The translations under genes were made by a program, and so were the position numbers. This document shows positions 10,901-20,164 of a stretch of 64,000 nucleotides of DNA, in pieces. The stretch lies in IMG/VR virus record IMGVR_UViG_3300037067_009374, positions 1-64,000 of that record. One strand, 5' to 3'. The notes beneath the pieces were generated by a model, which was not told the origin of the DNA, ran no database searches, and saw nothing but the letters and a program-made list of their open reading frames with translations. This DNA comes from a virus (lineage: Duplodnaviria > Caudoviricetes). Position 1 is the stretch's first letter. Every line of letters starts with the position of its first letter.

Positions 10901-13814
10901 AGCAAGATGGCAAGATGAAGGAACATCTGAAGATGTAAATGAAACCTTTCTACAAATGTTAATGAATCTTGTAGAAAGGGAAAATGCTATATATTTCAAC
11001 CAGAGAAAGAAACTGGATGAAAATTATACGTTAAAGTTGGAGAATGCAAAAAAGAACAATATTAGTTTGAAGAAAATTCAGGAACAATATGCCCTTGAAT
11101 CAGCAAGATTAGAAAAGAAACATGCGGAAGAAATAAATGCAATAAATGATTGGATGTATGAAAATTCATTGTTTTCAGCAACAAGGGGCTGGGAAGCATT
11201 AAAGGCAGCAGTAGAAGTAGGTAGAAAAGCTTTAAAAGATTCATTAAAAGGTACTACTACAGATGCAGGTGTTATCACTGCAACTACTTCTAGTGGAACA
11301 AGTACAGGATTAAAACCCTCCACTGATGCTGAAATACTTGCAAATCAAGATAAAGTTGTTGGTACTATTGCGAAAAGACTTGAAAAAAGTGTAGAAGGAA
11401 CAGTTAAGTATCTTAACAATTTGTGGGGAAATGCTTCTGAAGTTCAGAAACAAGCACTGGAAGAAATCTTAAAAACCCTTTCTTCTAAACTTGATGATAT
11501 AGATAAACTTACCATAACCAGTGGTCAAAAGCAAAGTATGATTCGTAAAGCTTTTGGTGCAGCTATGGGTGAATATGTTGAAAAGGTAAAGGAATTAAAA
11601 GATGAACAAACACCTCTTCAACAATCAATAACAAAAACAGCAGAAAGTTTACAAAGACTTGATCTATCCCATATGACAGATCAGTTAAAAAAAGAAGACC
11701 TTGAAGCACAAAACGACATACAAAAGTACATGAAATTGTTGGATGAGTTGATAGCAAAAATTGAACTTGCAGCAATGACTGGCAGTAAAACTCCCGTCAT
11801 TAAGTTTGGTAATATTCAATTTGATCAACCACTTGATTTTGGAGAAGTTGATCCTTCAAAGCGTATAGAAAGATTTGAGGAAATAAAGAGTACTTTACAA
11901 ACCACTTTTGCTCAGTATGAGCAATTAAGGTTGAAGGATGCAGAAGAGAAAAAGACAAAAATAATTCAAAGGGAAGAGAAGAAAAAATTAGACGCAAAGG
12001 AAGAAAGCTATAGATTGCAAGGACAACTTTCTTCTATTGCTTCTAAAGATGAAATGGATTTAATAAACAAAGCACACAATGAGTTTTGGAAAGAATATGC
12101 AAGAATAGAACGCACAGCACTTGAATTACGAGAAAATCAAACAAAAGAAGGTGCTGATACGTCAATAAATATTGAACAAGAAAGACTTGATGCAATATCC
12201 AGAGCATATGCTAAATTTAAAGAAGATATAAAACTTGCTCCACAAAAGATGGATGATAAAGCATTTAAGGAACTTGATAAACAATTAGATGCTCAAAAGG
12301 CGAAACTTGAGACATTAACGAGTCTTGAAAAATATCAAGCTTTAACCCATTCTGCCTCGATGGAAGAAACATTAGCAATAGATGCAAGAGTAGCACAACA
12401 ACAATACCAAATTGCTCTTGAGAATTATAATTTAAGAATATCCCTTATAAAAGGGGAAGGGAAACTTCAAGAGGAAGAAAGAGCCAAAGCTGCCAAATCT
12501 TTAGTAACTGCTTATGAAAAACAACGCGAAGCAATGAAGGCTTATTTCCAAGAAGCTCATAAGTATGATGAACAGTATTGGAATGCAAGTATGATCAATA
12601 CTGATCAATACCATGCTTATTTGAAAGGAGCACTAGACCTTCAAATAATGGACTATAAAACTTATACTGAAAAGATGATTGAATCAGGTGATAATGTTTT
12701 TGACATGATGAAGTTAGGTTGGCAACAAGCAGCCGAGGAAAGTAAAAAAGTTGGAGCAACAATAGTTGAAACTTTCAAAGAAGCAAGGGGACAAGTAACA
12801 AAAGGCCTTGCTGCAATGACAATGGAACTTTTAGGTAAGAAAGGTGCAATATCAGATTGGCTTGAAAACTTTTCAACATGGTTATCAGACAGAGCTTCAG
12901 CACAACTTGAATCTGTGTTTGGTGGTTTGCTTGATAATATAATTCCTGGATTAGGTGGGAATAAAGGAATAAAAGACGTAAAACTAAAAGACGGTGCCGT
13001 ACCTGTTTGGATACAAGGCGGAATGCAAGGTGTGAGTGGGAAAAGTGGAACACTAACTGAAGATCAATCAAAGTATGCATCGGATTATTTTGGTTGGGGA
13101 ATGACAGGGGACCAAAGTAAGTACGCTAAAGATTACTTTGGTTGGTCTGAAGATATGTCAGGAGATCAATCAAAGTATGCATCGGATTATTTTGGTTGGG
13201 GAAATGATAAATCATTAAGTACAAGTATATTCTCTGGGTTCAAAGAAAAGTTTACGAGTTTATTTAATAGCATAGGTGGTGTTTTTGGTAGCATAGCAAA
13301 TGGTTTAATGAGTTTAGTTTCTACTGTAGGTAGTGTGATTAGCAGTCTTAGTGGAGGTGGGGGTGGGTTTAGTTTAGGTGGGGGAATTGGGGGATTATTT
13401 AGCAGCTTATTTAGTGGAGGTGGAGGTAGTGGTGGGTTTTTGAATGAAGGGATGATTAGTAATTTAGTAACAGCAGGTATTGCTCATACAGGGGCAGTAT
13501 TAGGAAAAGATGTTATTCCGACCAGGACTGTTTCTGTAGGTGCTTTTACAAATGCAGTAAGAGCACATAAGGGTATAGGTCCAGGGGAAAGGGCAATAGT
13601 TGCTAAAGATGATGAGGGTGTATTTACAAGTGGGCAAATGAAAGCTTTAGGAGCTAAGATAAATACACAAAAGACAATAGAAGTTAATATGACCAACATT
13701 ACTGATCCAAGACTTATTGATGCTTATCTAGCTACTCCCAAAGGTAAAAATTCAATGTTGAATATTATCAGCAATAATCAAACCAAGTTTCGTAGAGCGA
13801 TGGGAATTAATTAA
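7938..13814 (+). CDS. Tape measure protein (TP901-family core)
   Basis: 1958 aa; EFDQSLKNLQAIS...LAATTKYSGQEIA...GLKASTIGTAFR core; hydrophobic segments and long coiled coils. Confidence 0.95.
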   Translation: MAKTLSLGTLFIGEIDATFTSAVSELKKMLGTLNGALGGIGSAAEKQRSALTSLGSDMTEFQLAMGRATNQSKAFQKALSDGADKFQAYSGTALKDLESGLYRTERAIQAHAKSMSTMNQDGKTWAENADRLNMMLQEREGILRYNKKGIEQVAQTQKVLGDSTKSLGSDLTEYQMAMGRASNQSSKFREGLAKLTEVFGKQGAGLKFAEAMSYRTEKAIIAHGRAMNENKQDGDAWVKHVDRANLALDEYRGNLNYTKKGLADLTEAQQKALDMGGRAQGVFSKLGDTIKSMAYWGIAASAIYGTIRALKEGVQNVMEFDQSLKNLQAISSASDAEIMVMEKTIKRLAATTKYSGQEIANGMTIVAQAGFSASESIDTMKSIVLLATGTLSGMSETTDLLTTVIRAFELKASDSSRVADVMAAAVNKSKLDVDKLRIAFGYLAPIASEAGISLEESAVATMLLADNGLKASTIGTAFRQVLARLISPTDALSAKFQSMGADMTRLDPSTNTLKTVLTELARVAPDASAAFELFGLRGAPAVVVLTRAMQEGGKVFDEYMNKVYEVGQAQEMSDKQMQGLANRFKNLINVIGLLTISLGEGGLGSSFGLIIDLLTSFVKLLTTVSSSLAGSFFIAMSSAAAVTWLFGKALTGVGLAVWIDNLVTTWTVQRTLFGTMGALIGITKRWTETIVSFIAANWVIALGALVGGIFMLIKAERELADTASAAAIETTKHKDKLEDYRASLNKLNPESKEYQATLKRLATEYPKLRDEIDLVTGRFYDQKSGLQALDTQIESYHIKAIEQEIVALGALAKAYLQSESALGQWIFSRKSPQEQLEMLKKKIGTLLPELKNLGITNESTAEQIESAWEKFKPGIFDAFNARQVEAIIDATMAKLQDQADAAIAAEKQIAEERRKLSIGERQTEVAVYSDIVNQVGGERRRQTEEYAAELQKQINALENKSEQEEQSERGTALKVLKIWTDNLKKIAEARWQDEGTSEDVNETFLQMLMNLVERENAIYFNQRKKLDENYTLKLENAKKNNISLKKIQEQYALESARLEKKHAEEINAINDWMYENSLFSATRGWEALKAAVEVGRKALKDSLKGTTTDAGVITATTSSGTSTGLKPSTDAEILANQDKVVGTIAKRLEKSVEGTVKYLNNLWGNASEVQKQALEEILKTLSSKLDDIDKLTITSGQKQSMIRKAFGAAMGEYVEKVKELKDEQTPLQQSITKTAESLQRLDLSHMTDQLKKEDLEAQNDIQKYMKLLDELIAKIELAAMTGSKTPVIKFGNIQFDQPLDFGEVDPSKRIERFEEIKSTLQTTFAQYEQLRLKDAEEKKTKIIQREEKKKLDAKEESYRLQGQLSSIASKDEMDLINKAHNEFWKEYARIERTALELRENQTKEGADTSINIEQERLDAISRAYAKFKEDIKLAPQKMDDKAFKELDKQLDAQKAKLETLTSLEKYQALTHSASMEETLAIDARVAQQQYQIALENYNLRISLIKGEGKLQEEERAKAAKSLVTAYEKQREAMKAYFQEAHKYDEQYWNASMINTDQYHAYLKGALDLQIMDYKTYTEKMIESGDNVFDMMKLGWQQAAEESKKVGATIVETFKEARGQVTKGLAAMTMELLGKKGAISDWLENFSTWLSDRASAQLESVFGGLLDNIIPGLGGNKGIKDVKLKDGAVPVWIQGGMQGVSGKSGTLTEDQSKYASDYFGWGMTGDQSKYAKDYFGWSEDMSGDQSKYASDYFGWGNDKSLSTSIFSGFKEKFTSLFNSIGGVFGSIANGLMSLVSTVGSVISSLSGGGGGFSLGGGIGGLFSSLFSGGGGSGGFLNEGMISNLVTAGIAHTGAVLGKDVIPTRTVSVGAFTNAVRAHKGIGPGERAIVAKDDEGVFTSGQMKALGAKINTQKTIEVNMTNITDPRLIDAYLATPKGKNSMLNIISNNQTKFRRAMGIN
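13061..13203 (+). repeat. Three-copy DQSKYASDYFGW repeat in the tape measure C-terminus
   Basis: 41-nt exact repeat at 13061-13101 and 13163-13203 with a degenerate middle copy. Confidence 0.9.
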
Positions 13815-14575
13815 TGTCTGCTTATTCAAATATAGAAATCGAGGTATACTTTCCATTTGAACCTAATTGGAAAGAAGCATATACCTTTAATCGTGGAAAA
13901 TATAGCACAAGAATTTTAAGGTCTTTTACTGGAGTGGAACAAAGAAGTGCAAGAAGGACTTTACCCCTTTATGGTATAAGGTATACTATTGATACAATCA
14001 ATGATATGGCAAGTAAACTAAGAAGGATGATAAGAGGTAATCTTCATGCAATATGGGGAGTACCTCTTTGGCACTACGGAATGCGATTAACACAAAAGTT
14101 TGTCCCGGGGGATATGAGTATAGTAGTTGACAATGCTTCTAATTCTGAGCTTTCTACCTTCACAAGGATTATGATTGGAAATTCTTATCTGAGTCAAATT
14201 ATCAACTACGATTTTACCATAGGAATAACAGATGGAATAACAATACCTGTTTTAAGTACTGCATCACGAAATTGGGCTATTGGAACTTATTGCTACCCAA
14301 TAATGGCTGCTGAAATAGCAAGGAGTCAAAAGTTTTCTTCTGATCTTCCTTTACAATCGAAATTGGAAATTGAGTTTAATATATCGAAACAATTTGGATC
14401 TTATAAATCCATTTATAGTGGGGGACAAGTAATAGATAATCCTGATATCACTATGAATGTTCGAGGTTTATGGAGAATAGATGGTAGTGGAGTTTTACAT
14501 GAAATTACCGGTGCTGATAGGATTGACACATGTTGGGAAGTAGATGTTGATGGCAATATTGTTTCAAAATATTAA
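13814..14575 (+). CDS. Tail tip/distal tail-type protein
   Basis: FEPNWKE...STRILRSFTGVEQRSARRTLP; follows the tape measure gene. Confidence 0.65.
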   Translation: MSAYSNIEIEVYFPFEPNWKEAYTFNRGKYSTRILRSFTGVEQRSARRTLPLYGIRYTIDTINDMASKLRRMIRGNLHAIWGVPLWHYGMRLTQKFVPGDMSIVVDNASNSELSTFTRIMIGNSYLSQIINYDFTIGITDGITIPVLSTASRNWAIGTYCYPIMAAEIARSQKFSSDLPLQSKLEIEFNISKQFGSYKSIYSGGQVIDNPDITMNVRGLWRIDGSGVLHEITGADRIDTCWEVDVDGNIVSKY

Positions 14576-14586
14576 GGTTCAATTAA

Positions 14587-15198
14587 ATGATTTTTTCCCA
14601 GTATTTATCTAAATATGTTTTTCATCTGATGCCTATTTTTGGTGTATCAGCGGAAGAGACATACGAACAGAAAGGAGAAATGTTTGAAACCAATGTAGTA
14701 GATTATCCAACAGTGTTTGAAGATTATCCTACAACAAAATTAAAGCATAATTATTCTTTTTTAAGTAAGTCTAAAATATGGGAAGTAAATAATTTATTTG
14801 ACCTTTGTTACGGTAGAATGGGTGCTTTGTGGGTTCCATCTTGGAAAAGGGATTTCAAACTTTCTTCAAACATAACTGCCAATCAAAGTATTATAACAAT
14901 AGATGATGTTCAATATCCTGTTTATTTCCCCGTTGTTCCAGGTACAGGTAGACATTTGTTCATATATGATCTTGTTACGAATCAAGGGTATACAAGAAAA
15001 GTTGATTCAGTGGCAAGTGGGAATATACTTACCCTTAATTCAGCAATACCAATTGCTTTACAGGCTGAACGATCTATTATTTCAATACTTTACCTTTGTC
15101 GTTTCGATATTGATGAACTTGAATGGTCATACTATGGGCCAGAAGGAAATGCAGAAATTACAATAGATTTTATTGAGTTACCGAAGGAATATGCGTGA
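14587..15198 (+). CDS. Tail tip protein
   Basis: FDLCYGRMGALWVPSW...LCRFDIDEL pattern of siphovirus tail-tip proteins. Confidence 0.6.
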   Translation: MIFSQYLSKYVFHLMPIFGVSAEETYEQKGEMFETNVVDYPTVFEDYPTTKLKHNYSFLSKSKIWEVNNLFDLCYGRMGALWVPSWKRDFKLSSNITANQSIITIDDVQYPVYFPVVPGTGRHLFIYDLVTNQGYTRKVDSVASGNILTLNSAIPIALQAERSIISILYLCRFDIDELEWSYYGPEGNAEITIDFIELPKEYA

Positions 15199-16022
15199 AA
15201 ACTGTAACTGCTACATACGAAGCAGAAGAGATAGCAACTGAAAACAAACCAGCTGAATTGTATAGAGTTTTCACTGAAACTGGTGGGGATATAGCTCTTT
15301 ACACTGATGCCAGTGTAGCAATAGTTTATAATGGCAATACTTATTTACCAGCAGCAATAAAAAGGTCTGCACTAGAATTTGATTCTTCTATTGGTGTCAG
15401 TAAAATGAAAGTGCAGTTTGCTTGGAGTGATGATTCAGTGGTAAATTTTGTTTCGCAAAATCCAGTAGAAGTTACTTGGGTAGAAGTTTTGCGAACATAT
15501 CTTGACTTATCGCCCCCAGAAGTGAATGTTGTATTTATAGGACAGATAAAGTTAGTTTCTTTTCAAGGTTTGCAAGCTGAAGCAGAATGTGTCAGTTTAG
15601 AATATTATTTGAATGTAGGCATCCCAAACAAATGCTACCAAAGATTGTGTAATCATTTTCTTTATAGTACTGGATGTGGTGTTCTTACTGCTACATATAG
15701 AATACCTGCTGTAGTAACTGGTTTTGGGGCCACATCGAATATAGTTTATTGCTCTGCAATGACTCCTCAAGTAGCAAATTATTTTACTAATGGCTATATT
15801 GAAGCTAGAGGTACTACAAGAATGATTGTTGGGTACGAAGCAAATGCAGATCACTTTTCTTTGATCTATCCAATACCCACACTAATTGTTGGTGATGCAA
15901 TAAATATGCTGCCCGGATGTGATAGAACAGGGAAAACTTGTCTTGAAAAGTTTAACAACATGATAAACTTTTTTGGGTTTGAGTATATTCCCTTTGATAA
16001 TCCGACACTATGGACTGCTTAA
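15195..16022 (+). CDS. Baseplate hub/minor tail protein (DUF2163, Phage_BR0599 C-terminus)
   Basis: CNHFLYSTGC and PGCDRTGKTCLEKFNNMINFFGFEYIP Fe-S cysteine motif. Confidence 0.88.
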   Translation: MKTVTATYEAEEIATENKPAELYRVFTETGGDIALYTDASVAIVYNGNTYLPAAIKRSALEFDSSIGVSKMKVQFAWSDDSVVNFVSQNPVEVTWVEVLRTYLDLSPPEVNVVFIGQIKLVSFQGLQAEAECVSLEYYLNVGIPNKCYQRLCNHFLYSTGCGVLTATYRIPAVVTGFGATSNIVYCSAMTPQVANYFTNGYIEARGTTRMIVGYEANADHFSLIYPIPTLIVGDAINMLPGCDRTGKTCLEKFNNMINFFGFEYIPFDNPTLWTA

Positions 16023-16023
16023 T

Positions 16024-16473
16024 ATGAGCTATTTTGACTCCGAAGAAAGACAGAAGAAATTAAAAGCGATTCTTGATGAATGGGCAGGCACACCCTTTCG
16101 TCATAGTTGTGGTATTAAAGGTCTTGGGGCCGATTGCTTACAATCAGTAGCAGAAATAATGAGAGAAGTAGGGGTTAGTAGTATCCCGAACAAGTTTCCG
16201 GTATATGAAAAAGATTGGCACCTTCATAGGGGACAAGAAAGGATTCTTGAATCCCTGTTTAATTTAGGTCAAAGTGAAGAAATTTCGTTCGATGAATCTT
16301 TGTTAAAAAATGGGGATATAATCGTGTTTCGATATGGACGGACCTATTCCCATGCTGGTATATATTTTGATAACTTGGTTCATCATGTACAAGATGGCGC
16401 TAAGTTTAGGTCAACAACGCTAAACGAGCCACAAATTAAAAATTTGAAGAAAAAAGTATTTAGGATAAAATAA
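16024..16473 (+). CDS. NlpC/P60 family tail-associated peptidase
   Basis: WAGTPFRH...GADCLQSV...GDIIVF...SHAGIY...VHH. Confidence 0.88.
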   Translation: MSYFDSEERQKKLKAILDEWAGTPFRHSCGIKGLGADCLQSVAEIMREVGVSSIPNKFPVYEKDWHLHRGQERILESLFNLGQSEEISFDESLLKNGDIIVFRYGRTYSHAGIYFDNLVHHVQDGAKFRSTTLNEPQIKNLKKKVFRIK

Positions 16474-16475
16474 CT

Positions 16476-17771
16476 ATGACCTTAGCTGCTGCTGCTCCTT
16501 ATCTAATTTCAATAGCTATTTCACTTGCTATGGGTGCTATCAGTATGCTTTTGGCAAAGAAGTCGAGCACTGATACAACAGCACCAGCGACAAGCAAGTT
16601 GGAATTCACTGCTGCGGATGAGGGCATACCCATTACAGAACTACTTGGAACAAGTAAATTCCCTGGTAATGTTATTGGTTATTGGAACAATCGTTCAGTA
16701 GCAGTAACACAAGATAGTAGTACAGGGGGCAAAGGTGGGGCACCTGCTGCTACAAGTAATATAACAGGTTATAAATATTATTTGACTTGGGCTGTAGGTA
16801 TTTGTATGGGTCCAGTTGATGCATTATATTCAATAATACAAGATAATGATTCAGTAGTATGGCGGGGGGAATTAATTAGACCTAATGATGGTAGTAGTTC
16901 TGCTATCACTTTGACTAAAGATGAAGAGACTATTGGGAGTGCTGAGATATTTTGGGGTTCCCCAACACAGATACCAAGCACTGTTATACAAACTTATGAG
17001 GGAACAAACATACCAGCCTACCGAGGATTGTGTTACATTGTTTTCAATGATTGTTATATTGGTGATTATAACAGAGCGCCTAATTATTCATTTTCAGTAA
17101 GAAAATGTCCTGTAATAGGATTGCCTTTTGATGATAACTACCGCCAAGTAGGTGAGTTTGATGTGAACCCCGCCACAGCTATTTGGTATACATTAACGTC
17201 TATGCGAGGACTGGACCCTGATTGGTTAAATGCTACAGCTTTTAATGCTGCTGCTTTGACTATGTATGGTGAGAAATTTGGGATAGGTATGAGGATGACG
17301 GAAGTGCAAAAAACAACATCATATATTGAGGATATTCTTAATACTATAGATGGGGTTTTAAAATATGGGGCTGATGGTAAAATCGGTTTATACTTAATAC
17401 GTGGGGCTACACCTATCGTTTCACTGCCTGTATATACTGATGCTATGATGATAGAGCAACCCACTTTCCAGCGCAAGTCATGGGTTGACACTTCTAATAT
17501 GATGAAAGTGGATTATTCTGGCAGAAACGTAGTTGTTATTACATCTTTAGCCACAGGTGGTGGCCAGATATATCCTTTGGGGAAGATTTTTCTGCCACTT
17601 GGTGAAGTTCCTTATTTTAGATTCAAATCAGATGAAGGAAAACATTTGGCTCAAATAAAACAAGATGGTGTTATTATTTGGGCAGGATGGGTTGATGGTG
17701 AAGTTGCAGACAATACTTATTGGGTTGATGGATTGTGGAAAGATATAGTTGTAGAAGCTATTTTTGCCTAG
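16476..17771 (+). CDS. Central tail/host-specificity protein, N-terminal part
   Basis: TAADEGIPITELLGT, GGKGG, GICMGPVD, PAYRGLCYIVF, DVNPATAIW motifs. Confidence 0.8.
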   Translation: MTLAAAAPYLISIAISLAMGAISMLLAKKSSTDTTAPATSKLEFTAADEGIPITELLGTSKFPGNVIGYWNNRSVAVTQDSSTGGKGGAPAATSNITGYKYYLTWAVGICMGPVDALYSIIQDNDSVVWRGELIRPNDGSSSAITLTKDEETIGSAEIFWGSPTQIPSTVIQTYEGTNIPAYRGLCYIVFNDCYIGDYNRAPNYSFSVRKCPVIGLPFDDNYRQVGEFDVNPATAIWYTLTSMRGLDPDWLNATAFNAAALTMYGEKFGIGMRMTEVQKTTSYIEDILNTIDGVLKYGADGKIGLYLIRGATPIVSLPVYTDAMMIEQPTFQRKSWVDTSNMMKVDYSGRNVVVITSLATGGGQIYPLGKIFLPLGEVPYFRFKSDEGKHLAQIKQDGVIIWAGWVDGEVADNTYWVDGLWKDIVVEAIFA

Positions 17772-17780
17772 GGGATAAAA

Positions 17781-19628
17781 ATGTCAGTATGGTTTGATCA
17801 AGTTAAACCGCTGCAAGCTAATACTAATGAAGTTGCGGTTATTACTTGGACCCCGCATACTTTCTTTGCGACTGGTTCAATTGTCAGGCCCCCAGTTGGA
17901 AGTCAAAATGGATTTACTTACAAGTGTCTTACAACAGAAGTTGTTGTTTTTGGATTAATAAATCAAGGTATTTCTTCCTGGGCCGGTCCTATCGTATGGG
18001 GATCAGATCAAGGGGTATGGGGAGATGATAATACAATTGAGTACTATGATGTAGATGGCACACAATATGAAACTTGTCGATGGTGTTTATATGGTGCTGA
18101 CCCTGCTGAATCAGGAGTGTTTTCATGGACGGATCCCGATTATGGTCTCGGTTCACCAACGGTGGACAAGTGTGTAAACTTCAAAGATTCTTCAATTAAT
18201 CTAGGTGATACTGGAAACCAGCAAATAGTAGGGGGCATAAATGCTGCAAGTATAACTTGCCCTCTAGTTCAAGATATTGTGCTGGCTAGGACGATAGCTG
18301 CAAGAGAGTTAAGAAAAGCAAGTTATCCTTTAGCTGAAGGGACTTGTAAATTCAATCGTACTGTATTTAAACTGGAGAAAGGAGATAATTTTGTTCTCCA
18401 AATAAATACTATGTATGGGATAAATCAATTAGTTGTTCTTGTTACGGGCATAACTGAAGAGGGGCCTGAATCTGATGCTATAAATGTTAGTTGGATCGAG
18501 GACCCAAACTATCTTAGTCAAAATATTTTTGCAGACCTAACAAGTATAAAGCAATATGCTCTACGGGGCAATGATACTACTGCTGGAAAAACAGCACTGT
18601 CAAAAGTTAAAATATTTGAACTCCCTTATGGACTATCCGGAAATAAAATTAAGATAGGGATACTAGCAGGCAGAGAAACCGGTAGCGAATCAGGGTTTAA
18701 TGTGTATTTTAGCTCTGATGGAGATAGTTATAGGTACATAGCACGATCATCTAAGTATTCAGTTTATGGTGTTGTAGCTTCAGGTTATACCCCACCTACA
18801 ACAACAATAGATGACAGTGTGGGTTTATATATTGATTTTGCTAAACCAGATGATGTAGCTATTATTGAATCTATAACTAGGGGTCAACTTGGTTCTATGA
18901 CCAATTTAGCTCTTTTGAACTCAGAGTTTATTTCCTTCCAAACCATAACTCCTGTTGTGGGCTATACTGGTAGATATTTATTATCAGGTATCTATGGTGG
19001 TCGATTTGACACTGATAGAGTCACACACGTTGCAGGTGAACCTTTTTGGTTTCTTGGTGCAGATAGGTATCAAGTTATCACTGATGACCGTTTGATGAAA
19101 GATAGTATTCGATACATTAAAGTTGTTCCATTCACAACTGAAACTGTCGGCAAGCTTGACTGTGCTGCACAAGCGGCTTTGAATTTAACTGGTGGGGCAT
19201 TGATGCCATATTCAATAGTTAATTTGAAAGTGAATGGACAAGCAATAAATCCACGTTATACTGAGTTTGAGGATTTGGTTTTAACATGGAACTTGAGATT
19301 AAAGGATGCAGGAGCAGGACTAAATGTTCTTGAAAATTTAGAGTCCACCGCTGTACCCCCTATATATATTCATTTTGGTGCAACTATTGGAAGTATGGGA
19401 ATTATAAATGGAAAAACTGCTTTTGTTCCTGATGAAGGTAGTCCAGGATTGCCTCAAGTAAATTTATTGACAAATACATATACCATTCCGAATAGTGTTC
19501 TTAGGACTTTAGGATATACAGCTAAAGCCTTAGAGATTGTTATGTTTCCACTAGTGGATGTAAATCAAACTAGGTTCTCAGGCAAAGCCACCACACTGGT
19601 TGCTTATCTCGCAGATTGGAGACCATAG
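17781..19628 (+). CDS. Central tail/host-specificity protein, C-terminal part
   Basis: ARTIAARELRKASYPLA...LEKGDNFVL; EFISFQT...YLLSGIYGGRFDT...HVAGE. Confidence 0.75.
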   Translation: MSVWFDQVKPLQANTNEVAVITWTPHTFFATGSIVRPPVGSQNGFTYKCLTTEVVVFGLINQGISSWAGPIVWGSDQGVWGDDNTIEYYDVDGTQYETCRWCLYGADPAESGVFSWTDPDYGLGSPTVDKCVNFKDSSINLGDTGNQQIVGGINAASITCPLVQDIVLARTIAARELRKASYPLAEGTCKFNRTVFKLEKGDNFVLQINTMYGINQLVVLVTGITEEGPESDAINVSWIEDPNYLSQNIFADLTSIKQYALRGNDTTAGKTALSKVKIFELPYGLSGNKIKIGILAGRETGSESGFNVYFSSDGDSYRYIARSSKYSVYGVVASGYTPPTTTIDDSVGLYIDFAKPDDVAIIESITRGQLGSMTNLALLNSEFISFQTITPVVGYTGRYLLSGIYGGRFDTDRVTHVAGEPFWFLGADRYQVITDDRLMKDSIRYIKVVPFTTETVGKLDCAAQAALNLTGGALMPYSIVNLKVNGQAINPRYTEFEDLVLTWNLRLKDAGAGLNVLENLESTAVPPIYIHFGATIGSMGIINGKTAFVPDEGSPGLPQVNLLTNTYTIPNSVLRTLGYTAKALEIVMFPLVDVNQTRFSGKATTLVAYLADWRP

Positions 19629-20164
19629 TGGCTAGTAATATTTATGAATTTGATACGATTGATCCAAGTCTTCTTGGATGGGATGCTTTATTAGAGAATA
19701 ATTTTGATAAACTGGAAGCTTATAATCATACTCTATTAAGATATCAAGTCGCCAGTGGAGAAATAGTTGTTTCTGGCGAAGCTTTGAATTTATATAGAGA
19801 CACCTGGCGCAAAGCTTATGCAGATGGTGTTAAACAACCTGTTGCTGGTGTAGCAATAGAATCTGGTATTAGTGGGGAATGGGTTAGAGTTAGAAGTAAA
19901 GGTCCGTTCACAGCAAATTGTTTTAATTTTATTGGTAGTGGTGAATATATTTATTTAAATAATAGTGGAGAATTAACTTCTATTCCCCCTGCAAATAATG
20001 TAGAGATTGTGGGATATACATTAGCTCATAATAAACTTTTTATAAATTTATTACCAATCAGCATCATTACTGTAACAAGTAGTATTACTCTAACATCACC
20101 AAATGGAACTGTATACACACCAACTATAGATAATAATGGGAGAACAGAATGGAATCCGGTATAA
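19628..20164 (+). CDS. Putative tail fibre adaptor/structural protein (paralog of the N-terminus of 22430..23290)
   Basis: GTG start overlapping the upstream TAG; about 140-aa N-terminal domain shared with the 22430 ORF. Confidence 0.6.
   Translation: MASNIYEFDTIDPSLLGWDALLENNFDKLEAYNHTLLRYQVASGEIVVSGEALNLYRDTWRKAYADGVKQPVAGVAIESGISGEWVRVRSKGPFTANCFNFIGSGEYIYLNNSGELTSIPPANNVEIVGYTLAHNKLFINLLPISIITVTSSITLTSPNGTVYTPTIDNNGRTEWNPV

Noticed and set aside
13061-13203. CRISPR-like mini-array
   Set aside because: The repeats are in-frame coding repeats, and the intervening sequence is itself a degenerate copy
17769-17771. Genome-wide TAG recoding suggested by the in-frame TAG in the central tail gene
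   Set aside because: TAG ends several intact genes (for example 19628 and recA), and long genes are not fragmented under the standard code
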